A DNA stretch of 64,000 nt from Haliotis rufescens (Eukaryota). The notes under the pieces were generated by a model, which was not told the DNA's origin, made no database searches, and saw nothing but the letters and a program-made list of their open reading frames with translations. Within the stretch, counting starts at the first letter, position 1. Each line of letters opens with the position of its first letter. The stretch spans positions 41,292,001 to 41,356,000 of the forward strand of contig NW_025963802.1 of assembly GCF_023055435.1 (NCBI RefSeq). The letters are read 5' to 3'. Positions 11,681 to 23,100 of the stretch are shown here, one piece after another. Made by a program: the position numbers and the translations under genes.

Positions 11681-12990
11681 AACGTTTGTGATCGAAAATC
11701 GGACAGCTTCACGATAGATAACGATTCAAACACGTAATAAAAAAAATAAAATAAAAATATTCATATTGTTATGTTACATTTTTGGCGGAATATGTTTTCT
11801 TATCATGCAACCTCTAAAATTTAACACAAAACAACTCTTACGGACTGTATGACTTATTCAAAATACTTTAAAAAGCATAGTCAGAGGGCTTGCATCACCA
11901 AGTAGCGCCGACTCCCCATTGTTCTCGGTGACTTAGGTTTGGTACCTCCCAATCTATTGACTGACATTGGGAGTGTACCCGCGGCCTTCTGACAATCTGA
12001 GTAATGCAGAAGGCTGCAGTGTTGGGACTCACCATGACCACACGCTCCGAACAGTTTTTATTGAGTTCGACGAGGTAGTGCTTCCTGGGAGAAGTCCCAT
12101 TCGCTGTCTGGGCTGCGTGTAGAGGGGACAAGAACCCTGAACGGATGATGAGCCAACCAACCTGACTGAGCCAGGATCACCCAAACCCTCTTTGCTGCAG
12201 TTATTTTAATCTGTAAAATATAAATATGAAGCAAACAAGGCAAGACTATTTCTATTAAAGTATGACTTTGGATGGGTTGAGTATTTACAATCTTTCATTT
12301 TCCATCTTCCATCTTTATTCGAAATTAAATTTTAAAGGTCCACATAGATTAAGCATGATCAAATCAATACATTGAGATCTATAAAACTATGGGTCGGTCC
12401 GGATGAAGCCTCCAAAATTTGTGCACAATATGCTGACCGATGAAAATTCTCAAAATTGCAAACTTGGTTATGATTGATGCAAGAACATTTAGTCTACACA
12501 CAGAGAATCTCACCCGAGTTTGATATAAAACATATCAACATACATCGACTATAGTACCAAAACTCTGCGTCTTGCCAGGAGGTTTTCTACTTTGATCGAC
12601 GAGTGTTTATATAATTGGTATCAAAATCCATGAGGTTGAATCTATTATGGTCCAATATCAAGTACCTTATCTCAGTAAGTACAAGACAAATATGGCAATG
12701 CATTACGTTTCTTCGACGAAAACATGTGCAGCATAGCTATTGTTTGTAACTGTGACATATCTAATATATTTCTTGTTCATATATTTAAACCGCAAAGTTG
12801 AACGAAAGACTTTATTTTGCTTAAATTGTCAATTGGTTAAGAGTTTCGTGTTGAGTATACCGATAGTCTGAACATGTGGCGCGTTCCCTTATGACGTCAA
12901 TGTCGAAAAGTGAAGTGATTACGTTATGACGTTACTTCGACGTTACAGCCACAGGGCGTCTCGGCCCTGGACTCAGTCACCTACAAACTA

Positions 12991-13477
12991 TATTTATTTA
13001 TTGCTAAAGGTAAATGAGATTTTATGTTGCATCATAACCTTCTTAATGCTAGTATATATGTTGATTACTTGTAACCTCGTTGATCCATAGCGCAAGCATA
13101 GCATCATCAATTGACCATTGAGATACTGTACTCACATGCACATATGTACATGGAAAATATTATGTTAACGTAAAGTGAAGTACAAGTATACTCGACCCGT
13201 GAACATCCGTGTTAGAATAGGTCTTCAGCAAGCCATGCTTGCCATAAATCGGATAGTCAGGCTGGCTGACTTGGTTGATGCATTTCATCGAATCCAAATT
13301 GCGTGGATCGATGCTCTGATCCAGACTCAATTATTTACAGACCGCCGTCATTTAGCTGGAATTTTGCTGAGTGCAGCGTTAAACAACAAACAAACATTCA
13401 AACAAACATCACCTCTGAAAGTATGCCTTTCCAACGGAATGCATGAATTGTTTTAGCAGCTTTGCAATGCGATTTGT
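12991..13477 (+). repeat. Internally deleted copy of 14307-14850 flanked by a 27-bp direct repeat (present in all four units)
   Basis: GCCCTGGACTCAGTCACCTACAAACTA at 12964-12990 and 13478-13504. Confidence 0.9.
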
Positions 13478-14506
13478 GCCCTGGACTCAGTCACCTACAA
13501 ACTAACCAAAGTGTTCGGTATGCTGACTGTCATGTCGTTGTACTGTTTGAAAACGTCAAGAATGAACCCTCATACTAACGCTTATGTCAGTCTCCTAGCA
13601 GATATTGTCTGCCTTCACACAAGCAATATCTCCTGCGGGAGTCAGATTAGGATAATAAATATAAGTAGCTCTGTGACATATACTTAACGTATCAAAACTT
13701 ACTGGAGCGAGTACGTCGTATGTGGATATCATGCGGACAAATCAATTTTTTTATGTCAAATATATTACATCAAATTCTGCAGTTCTCAATTTTGCTCAGC
13801 GCCGAGTCCGATGGAGAGTTAATACTGATTTGAGCTTTCTTCAATACATTCGACGTGATAGTATTGACACACTGCAGTTGTTCTTATCACCATGCTATGA
13901 CAAGTGATTTTGTGCTGTGACCACAATCACCACAAGATCTAGAGAAACACTTATACGTAGAGGGCCAAATAGCGGTTACAAAAAAATGACGTGTGTTTGC
14001 CTGTTCCAGATTCGAATTTTTACGGAAATCTGGAATATTGCATCTGCATCGGTAAACAACGTTCACTCACTCACCAATCATCTTTGGAGCACATACACTG
14101 TACAAATGGATCCCATTATGTTACATGACCTCCGGGGTAGAACAGGTCTTCAGCAACCCATGCTTGCCGTAAAGGGCGACTAACAGGATCGGGTGGTCAG
14201 GCTGGCTGACTTGGTTGATATCATCGAATCCCAAATGCGTGGATCGATGCTCATGATTTCAATCACTGGATTGTCTGGCTTAATTCGATGCTAACTATAT
14301 TCGCTTATATTTATTGCTAAAGGTAAATGTGATTCTATGTTGCATCATAACCTTCTTAATGCTAGTATATATGTTGATTACTTGTAACCTCGTTGATCCA
14401 TAGCGAAAGCATAGCATCATCAATTGACCATCGAGATACTGTACTCACATGCACATATGTACATGGAAAATATCATGTTAACGTAAAGTGAAATACAAGT
14501 ATACTC

Positions 14507-14769
14507 GACCCGTGAACATCCGTGTTAGAATAGGTCTTCAGCAAGCCATGCTTGCCGTAAAAAGCGACTATACTTGTCGTAATAGGTGACTTACGGGAAC
14601 GGATAGTCAGGCTGGCTGACTTGGTTGATGCATTTCATCGAATCCAAATTGCGTGGATCGATGCTCATGATGTCAATCTCTGGATTGTCTGATCCAGACT
14701 CAATTATTTACAGACCGCCGTCATTTAGCTGGAATTTTGCTGAGTGCAGCGTTAAACAACAAACAAACA
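14507..14769 (+). mobile_element. SINE family 2 (non-tRNA head GACCCGTGAAGATCC...); also partial at 14127-14279, inverted at 18040-18304, and equivalents in U2-U4
   Basis: Matches the TSD-flanked copy at 61620-61893; (CAAA)n tail. Confidence 0.85.
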
Positions 14770-15029
14770 TTCAAACAAACATCACCTCTGAAAGTATGCC
14801 TTTCCAACGGAATGCATCAATTGTTTTAGCAGCTTTGCAATGCGATTTGTGAAATGCGATGTTGATATACTCGGGTATGCACGGTGTGGGTTCCAGGGGG
14901 TTTTAACACGTCCGCCTCGCTCTTTGGCGACTCTGTCCCGAGATAAGTATTTCATTCGTTTATTATTCAATCACCTAAATATTACCTTCCCATGTCGATG
15001 GGCATTTTATGATTAAAAATAACCATGAC

Positions 15030-15125
15030 TCATTCATTCCCCTGATGAAGTAGTACTTAAACATATACTCCGAAACGTTGTGTTCCTCGTAATAAAGTTG
15101 ACATCCATGAATTCCCTTCCTTAAG
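15030..15125 (+). ncRNA. Degenerate minimal hammerhead ribozyme motif in a Penelope-like terminal repeat (also ~24065, ~33629, ~43231; minus strand ~51750, ~52168)
   Basis: CTGATGA (15042-15048)...GAAACGTT (15072-15079) followed by AATAAA; stem II partly disrupted. Confidence 0.5.
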
Positions 15126-15243
15126 AGTTTTGTGTTAATTTATATCTTTCTTTACTAACGAAAATGTATTAAATCTTGAATGTATAGAGTAAATAACAGA
15201 TTACAACACAAGAAGCTACTGTTAATGACGGATCAGCTATTAG

Positions 15244-15505
15244 GTGAGGAGAGGTGAAAAGGGGTTTAACGTCTCTTTCCAGATTATTGCACTTATATAG
15301 CGACGTGCATGCACGTGCGAGAGTGTGTGACCTGGACCAGACCGGACTAGTGCCGATTTTAAAGTGCATATTTAGCAATATTCCAGCAATATCACGGCTG
15401 GGAATACAAGATATGGGCTTCACTCAATGTACCCATGTGGGACATAGAACTCTGGTTTTGTTCGTGACGTGCGAACGCTAAACCAATGGCTACCCGCACG
15501 CCCCC
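15244..15505 (-). mobile_element. Adjacent SINE relics: family 4 3' end (15244-15366) and family 1 (15371-15505); repeated in each unit
   Basis: Similarity to 63690-63942 and 62171-62338 respectively. Confidence 0.75.
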
Positions 15506-15772
15506 TTTAGTTAGTGGATCTACTCAGCATCTTGATAACCACATTTAACATACACGCATGTTCTACTGACAGTTTGGATATAGAAGGAACACATGACTAT
15601 AGATCATAATAAATATATGTTTATTTTCAATATAGAACAACAGCCATCAAAACATCACTCACGCCATTGCATCGTGTAGCATGACAACCCCAACTACAAG
15701 ACGACTAACTGCAGTAGCATCTGTATTACATTTGCCAAGCGGATAGACCTCAGTGGACTTTGGGCATGTCAC

Positions 15773-16354
15773 TTAGATTCCCATGAAAGCGGGGTCATAG
15801 GCAGCAGGTCCTGCCGGGGCAACTGCTGTGGCGGCAATAGTTGTGGGGACAGCAGCAGAGGAGGCAGCATACGCATCGAGTTCACCAATATAACCAGGAC
15901 CTGGAATGAATGAAATGGACAGATATGACAATTGACGAATTGCTTGATTTGTTCACATGCTTCTGTACATGTGTCTAAGTTACTGCCTGTTTTCCTGTCA
16001 CATTGCACTATTATACTTACCGTAACCCTGTGAAAGAATGGCACCGGCGCCCTGTGATCCTGGATGGACTAATCCCTGGTTGAGCCCTGAGCCGAGAGGG
16101 GAAACACCCAGGCCGAGAGAGGGGATTCCAAGTCCGAGATGTGGATTTCCAAGTCCGAGATGTGGCATTCCAAGTCCGAGATGTGGCATTCCAAGTCCGA
16201 GATGTTGAAATCCAAGGCCGATACGGGGGAATCCAGGACCAAATGCACCGAACGGGGGAAAACCGATCCCTCCGAAAGGAGGCATACCAATTCCAAAACC
16301 ATGTGTTGTTGTCATGGCAACAAAGCAGACAGCGGCAACAGCAAGAAGCTTCAT
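15773..16354 (-). CDS. Gene B1: secreted heptad-repeat protein, 153 aa; CDS join(16354..16021,15900..15773); non-coding exon 1 ~17014..16974
   Basis: Signal peptide MKLLAVAAVCFVAMTTTHG; GLGMPHL heptads (21-bp repeats); donor GTAAGT 16020-16015, acceptor TTCCAG (AG 15902-15901); tail GPGYIGELDAYAASSAAVPTTIAATAVAPAGPAAYDPAFMGI* aligns with the A1 tail. Confidence 0.92.
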
Positions 16355-17010
16355 TTTGTTAATCTGTGAAAATAGAGAAACGAACTTATTCCATGTATTT
16401 GACTACTGTACATAGAAATATGAGGGTCAAACACATTCAGTATGTTACCTTCGTTTCGTTCCGTGTACATGGCCATGCATATCTATGATACCAGAAAGAA
16501 TGTAAAGGTAAACACTCTATTGATACAAGTATTATTTAATATTTTCGGTGGGTGTAAGACTTTTGTCAGAGACAAAGTATTTATTCGGTTCCTGCTTAAA
16601 AAAAACTATAAAGGGAGCAGAACAGCCGACCATTTGTTTTTGTCACAGCACATTTTATTCAGGACATCCTGCGTATTCAGCTGACAATTATTTCATTTTT
16701 TTATTTGTTGTTAAACCTGAGTCGAGATTATTTTGTTTCCAACCATTCCTGGAACAAATTATTTCTGTCGCCCAAACTCCCAGGTCCTTCAGTATAGATT
16801 GTTCTTCAGAGATTGGGGAATGTGGTGCTCTATATAAATACATATCAATTAAATAATTATAATTGAAAAAAGCCGTGTGATGCCCAAGATACGTAAGTTA
16901 TAGTATATCATACATAGAGCTTTGCGAAAAAGATTTCACATACATAAAACGAAACTGAGATAGAAACACTTACGTTTTGGTTGAGGTCTACCGGGACTGA
17001 CTGATTCAGA

Positions 17011-17215
17011 AAGTGAAGTGTCCACTGCACAGTCCTTCCTTTATATTAACATGAATGCAGGGGTACAAAGCGGGTCATAAATTGTGCATGTCTACAAAAT
17101 GACCAGTTGACAACTTGTTATACAACGATGACTGTGTCTACCCGACAGGTGATTAATGTATGATGTATTAGCGCGATACAGTGATGCCATTTGACGGTAA
17201 CAACGAACAGTGAAT
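17011..17215 (-). promoter_or_regulatory. B1 promoter module (equivalents ~26035-26240, 35598-35805, 45209-45415)
   Basis: Minus-strand TATAAAG ~17045-17039, TCACTT Inr 17016-17011, GTCATAAA 17074-17081, exon-1 donor 16973-16968. Confidence 0.75.
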
Positions 17216-18796
17216 TAGATCACCCACTCGATGTTTCTGACGTTCTTGCACTTGTCATTTCAGTTGCAGAATGAAATCTCAGTTTATAGATTTCTTATCT
17301 TTTCATATCCTAACTTGAAGAGGTGAAAAGAGTGTAACATTACGTCACTTAAAGTATAGTTAATCTATGAATAATAGTTATAAGTTAAATGAAAACCATG
17401 TGACCAATATATTCATGTTACATATTTACTGTAGCAATATATTACTCTATAAGAGTATACTGTTTGTATTTTCCTCCACAAGACACATTAGTTGTGTTAC
17501 AAGTCTGAATACAAATGTGGTGAATGTCACATGTTCAGCTGCACAGGCCACACAGGCTCTGTCGTCGCACTGTACACTATTGTGCTTCCAACCCTTTGGC
17601 TTCGATAATAAAACATTGTGATGCAGAGAAGTCGATACTAGTATAACAAGTCTTCATGTTTTCATATGTGTATTTTTATCTACCTTGTAACATCAGGATG
17701 GCGGTTTAGTGGTGAGGTTCAAGCGGTTTCCATACGGGGTACAATGTTTGAAGCATTCGTAAAATCCAGAGCATCTTGCGGTTGACACCTGTGACTCGTT
17801 GTGTTCTCACCCCGAAGTTGTGGATCCGTCACGCGATTGTCTGGTCAAAACTTGATTAGTTACATGTTATCGCCATATATATGTACTATTGCTGGGAGTG
17901 ACGTTAAACAACAAACAAATAACGCTCACAATAACTACATCCCTGTGCAGACCTTGATATGGTGTCATCGTGTAATCATGATAATTATCAAACATAATAT
18001 TATTTTGTTAATATGTAAACCATACTTGTGAATATACATTTTGTTTGTTTGTTGTTTAACGCTGACCAAACAATATTACAGCTTTATGACGTCGGTCTGT
18101 AAATAATCGAGTCTGGATCAGACAATCCAGAGATTGACATCATGAGCATCGATCCACGCAATTTGGATTCGATGAAATGCATCAACCAAGTCAACCAGCC
18201 TGACTATCCGTTCCCGTAAGTCACCTATTACGACAAGTATAGTCGCTTTTTACGGCAAGCATGGCTTGCTGAAGACCTATTCTAACACGGATGTTCACGG
18301 GTCGAGTATACTTGTATTTCACTTTACGTTAACATGATATTTTCCATGTACATATGTGCATGTGAGTACAGTATCTCGATGGTCAATTGATGATGCTATG
18401 CTTGCGCTATGGATCAACGAGGTTACAAGTAATCAACATATATACTAGCATTAAGAAGGTTATGATGCAACATAGAATCACATTTACCTTCAGCAATAAT
18501 ATAAGCGATTGGAGTTAGCATCGAATTAAGTCACTGTCAGCGTTTGAAAAAAGAAAGAGATAAACCACAGACACAAACAATATCAACGGACACCATTAAG
18601 CTATCACGAAAGTTATGTTCAAGGGTTCATTTATACTGTTAGTATGACGTCACAGTGCAATCTAACATATTGTTACGTCACAGAAAGACGCATAACATTG
18701 TGTGGGGCATACGTAGGACACATACAGAAATACAGCAATTGGTATTGTAGTGGCAGGAAAATATACAATAATTGTATAAATAATTTGTACAAACAA

Positions 18797-18965
18797 GGAC
18801 GTTTAAATTGCGCAGGTACAGTACACATACAGTCATAAATTGTAAATGTGTCTGCAACATGAGAGTTGTCAACGTATTATACGACGATGACTGGTATATA
18901 TTCAGTTTGTGGTGGTGGTGTTATTTAGTGGTCAGGGCTAATTGATCGACAATTGACAATGGAAC
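18797..18965 (-). promoter_or_regulatory. Orphan A-type upstream module with no TATA or gene (also GTCATAAA at 28049, 37419, 47173)
   Basis: GTCATAAATTGTAAATGTGTCTGCAACATGAGAGTTGTCAACGTATTATACGACGATG closely matches A1 2491-2550. Confidence 0.75.
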
Positions 18966-19159
18966 TGGCCACTCATGTGTGACGGTTTGGTGATGGTAAT
19001 TTCACATAATGTTACTTATCATATGTTGATATTGTACCGAGATTGTGCCGAGATTGTACCGAGAAGACTAACAAGAGTACACCATATGCCGACGAATTTG
19101 AACCACTATGGATAGGGATTGAGACCATACCTTTGGAATTGATGACTCGTCTATAACGA

Positions 19160-19393
19160 AAATCCCTTATGTAGCAATATGTATATAGAGTGAGAGTCAA
19201 CCGACAACACATATGGGACCCCTCTTGCCGGTGTATCCAATTCAGTCAACACATTGATCAATATGCCGGGAATAAAGCAGCAAATTTTATGATGTTCCCG
19301 TTTTACAAATGTGAAAATGATGCACTGAGAAAAAGGAAAGAAAGTTATCTTATTAATACTTTCAAACCAAAATTAAATGGGTTCAAATACTAG
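19160..19393 (+). mobile_element. Penelope-like GIY-YIG endonuclease C-terminal relic (also ~28385-28618, split 37750-38567, ~47510-47740)
   Basis: LCSNMYIE then RVNRQHIWDPSCRCIQFSQHID...FPFYK...LRKRKESYLINTFKPKLN*, matching the GIY-YIG C..YIG / R..E..I..F.P.LN pattern. Confidence 0.7.
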
Positions 19394-19767
19394 TATTTTT
19401 GAAACAAGGATTGTACATTTTCCTGCCACTTCAATACTTATTGCTGTATTTCTGTACGCATGCCCCACACAATGCCTTTCTGTGACGTCACAATATGTTA
19501 GATTGCAGAATGACCCCATACTATGTTTGAGTGCACTGTGACGTCAAAATAGGGTAGCAGTATGAATGAACCCTTGAAAATCACTTTTGTGAAATAGATT
19601 GAGTAAATAGAGAATATTTCATGTGTCGAATGAAATATCATGTTTCTCTCATCGAGTGACGGGAGGAAAGGATATATTTTATCGAGTTGCGCAGCCACGA
19701 GGGAAACTATCTCCTTTTCCCCCGTCATGAGGGGAATATATATGCTCTCTGCCTCATGGCATTCATT

Positions 19768-19807
19768 CACCTGATGAAGGAGTAAGCATATACTCCGAAA
19801 CGTTGTG
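19768..19807 (+). ncRNA. Minimal type-I hammerhead ribozyme motif (Penelope-type); copies 28998-29037, 38066-38105, 38941-38980 (core mutated), 48115-48154, 59522-59561
   Basis: CAC-CTGATGA-A-GGAGTA(agcata)TACTCC-GAAA-CGTY-GTG: 6-bp stem II, 3-bp stem I, palindromic ACGT stem III. Confidence 0.7.
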
Positions 19808-20193
19808 TTCCTTATAATAAAGAAGTTGAACATCCATATATTCTCTTCCTTGTGTGTGTCACTTCTAAATGCCTTTCAAATCTATATTCACAAGTATGGT
19901 TAACATGTTTAAAATAATACCATTATGAATGACAATTATCATGATTACACGATATGCTAAATAAAGGTCTGCACGGGGATTGGATGTATTTTTTGTGAGC
20001 GTTACTTGTTTGTCGTTTAACGTCACTCCCAGCAATAGTCCAGTTATATGAGATAGCATGTGAATAATGAAGTCTGGACCAAACAATCCAGTGACTAATA
20101 TCATGAGCAACGATCCACACCTTCAGGGTGAGATGGGTAAAATGTGTCAACCGCAAGATGTTCTGGATTCTACGAATGCTTCAAACAGTGCAC

Positions 20194-23100
20194 CCATTTG
20201 GCGTAAAGGGCAAAACAGCTGTGTAAACTATACGAAAATAGACCACTGAAAATCAGTGATGACACCAGGTGTTCACGAAAAGGGTAAGCATATCCTGCTC
20301 TACCGGTAGCACTCGCCACTCGCGAAAACTAACCTGGGATCCTTCAGTTTCATCATATGCATTTGACCAGGACACAAGTCATTCAATGAGAATAGATGTA
20401 AAATTTACGAAGCACACTTCACAGTGTCATGCTACTATAATTATTTGCGTCCTAGGGGGCACGGATGGCCCAGTCGTCTGAGGCGCCGCGATTCGCTATG
20501 CAGGGTTGCGTCCCTTGGGCACGCCAGAAACCTATGATTGTGGGTTCGAATCCCGGTTCGCCCCGATTATGTTTCTAGGTTTGTCAGCACCATACCCGTG
20601 CTCGTGGGTTTCACCGAAGTGGTAAACGTCTGAGACCTGCATCACTTCGGGCTTTCCTCCCACATTAAGCTGACACGCCGTGATATAACTGGAATACTGT
20701 TAAAAGCGGCGTAAAACCCAACTCACTCACTCACTCACTATTTGCGTCCTCTCTGTTCCCATTCTTATGAAGAGGCAAGATAACTGTTCTGTTCCATGAG
20801 GTTTAAAATGTGCTTCCTCGAACTATTTCAGTATCAGGACAGATAGCACTGAAAAGAGATTATACCCATTGTTAAAAGAAATGGGTGAGGTTACACTGAA
20901 CTGGACTGAAAAGTTAAAGTGATCACCATGTACATGTATGTAGCTCAATCTTGTCTGCTTCACGTAATTCACCACGTGTATCATATACAGTCAAGTCCCG
21001 TTTAATCCGACATCGATGGTTGCATATGATTATGTCGGATTAACGAGTATGTCGGATAATCGGACAGCTTCACGATAGATAACGATTCAAACACGTAATA
21101 AAAAAATAAATAAAAAAATATTCATATTGTTATGTTACATTTTTGGCGGAATATGTTTTCTTATCATGCAACCTCTAAAATTTAACACAAAACAACTCTT
21201 ACGGACTGTATGACTTATTCAAAATACTTTAAAAAGCATAGTCAGAGGGCTTGCATCACCAAGTAGCGCCGACTCCCCATTGTTCTTGGTGACTTAGGTT
21301 TGGTACCCCCCAATCTATTGACTGACATTGGGAGTGTACCCGCGGCCTTCTGACAATCTGAGTAATGCAGAAAGCTGCAGTTTTGGGACTCACCATGATC
21401 ACACGCTCCGAACAGTTTTTAATGAGTTCGCTCCCTGAGCTTCGTGCACAATATGCTGACCGATGTGAATTCTCAAAATTGCAAACTTGGTTATGATTGA
21501 TGCAAGAACATTTAGTCTACACACAGAGAATCTCACCCGAGTTTGATATAAAACATATCAACATACATCGACTATAGTACCAAAACTCTGCGTCTTGCCA
21601 GGAGGTTTTCTACTTTGGTCGACGAGTGTTTATATAATTGGTATCAAAATCCATGAGGTTGAATCTATTATGGTCCAATATCAAGTACCTTATCTCAGTA
21701 AGTACAAGACAAATATGGCAATGCATTACGTTTCTTCGACGAAAACATGTGCAGCACAGCTATTGTTTGTAACTGTGACATATCTAATATATTTCTTGTT
21801 CATATATTTAAACCGCAAAGTTGAACGAAATACTTTATTTTGCTTAAATGGTCAATTGGTTAAGAGTTTCGTGTTGAGTATACCGATAGTCTGAACATGT
21901 GGCGCGTTCCCTTATGACGTCAATGTCGAAAAGTGAAGTGATTACGTTATGACGTTACTTCGACGTTACAGCCACAGGGCGTCTCGGCCCTGGACTCAGT
22001 CACCTACAAACTATATTTATTTATTGCTAAAGGTAAATGAGATTTTATGTTGCATCATAACCTTCTTAATGCTAGTATATATGTTGATTACTTGTAACCT
22101 CGTTGATCCATAGCGCAAGCATAGCATCATCAATTGACCATTGAGATACTGTACTCACATGCACATATGTACATGGAAAATATTATGTTAACGTAAAGTG
22201 AAGTACAAGTATACTCGACCCGTGAACATCCGTGTGAGAATAGGTCTTCAGCAAGCCATGCTTGCCATAAATCGGATAGTCAGGCTGGCTGACTTGGTTG
22301 ATGCATTTCATCGAATCCAAATTGCGTGGATCGATGCTCTGATCCAGACTCAATTATTTACAGACCGCCGTCATTTAGCTGGAATTTTGCTGAGTGCAGC
22401 GTTAAACAACAAACAAACATTCAAACAAACATCACCTCTGAAAGTATGCCTTTCCAACGGAATGCATGAATTGTTTTACCAGCTTTGCAATGCGATTTGT
22501 GCCCTGGACTCAGTCACCTACAAACTAACCAAAGTGTTCGGTATGCTGACTGTCATGTCGTTGTACTGTTTGAAAACGTCAAGAATGAACCCTCATACTA
22601 ACGCTTATGTCAGTCTCCTAGCAGATATTGTCTGCCTTCACACAAGCAATATCTCCTGCGGGAGTCAGATTAGGATAATAAATATAAGTAGCTCTGTGAC
22701 ATATACTTAACGTATCAAAACTTACTGGAGCGAGTACGTCGTATGTGGATATCATGCGGACAAATCAATTTTTTTATGTCAAATATATTACATCAAATTC
22801 TGCAGTTCTCAATTTTGCTCAGCGCCGAGTCCGATGGAGAGTTAATACTGATTTGAGCTTTCTTCAATACATTCGACGTGATAGTATTGACACTCTGCAG
22901 TTGTTCTTATCACCATGCTATGACAAGTGATTTTGTGCTGTGACTACAATCACCACAAGATCTAGAGAAACACTTATACGTAGAGGGCCAAATAGCGGTT
23001 ACCAAAAAATGACGTGTGTTTGCCTGTTCCAGATTCGAATTTTTACGGAAATCTGGAATATTGCATCTGCATCGGTAAACAACGTTCACTCACTCACCAA

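Larger units (their letters stand above)
10568..20193 (+). repeat. Tandem unit U1 (contains gene B1)
   Basis: Begins at CCATTTGGCGTA; near-identical to U2-U4 over its length; ORF track recurs with a ~9-9.6 kb period. Confidence 0.95.

Noticed and set aside
11895-12243. ORF fragments after the pogo-like end as a transposase or captured gene
   Set aside because: No recognisable motif; partly deleted in U2/U4; origin unresolved
15769-16044. 91-aa ORF spanning intron 2 and exon 3
   Set aside because: Wrong frame; the spliced frame aligns with A1/A2 and this ORF is disrupted in B4 and B5
16125-16220. Regular 21-bp repeats as a CRISPR-like array
   Set aside because: No spacers, in-frame coding, eukaryotic spliced context
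16069-16369. Shadow ORFs (ISDLECH, SKSEMWH, FQVRDVA) at every B gene
   Set aside because: Off-frame and antisense readings of the 21-bp heptad repeat
22198-22710. 170-aa ORF and the recurring ITGLSDPDSIIYRPP / VRLADLVD ORFs
   Set aside because: Translations of SINE family 2; GTG/TTG starts; broken by stops or frameshifts in sister units
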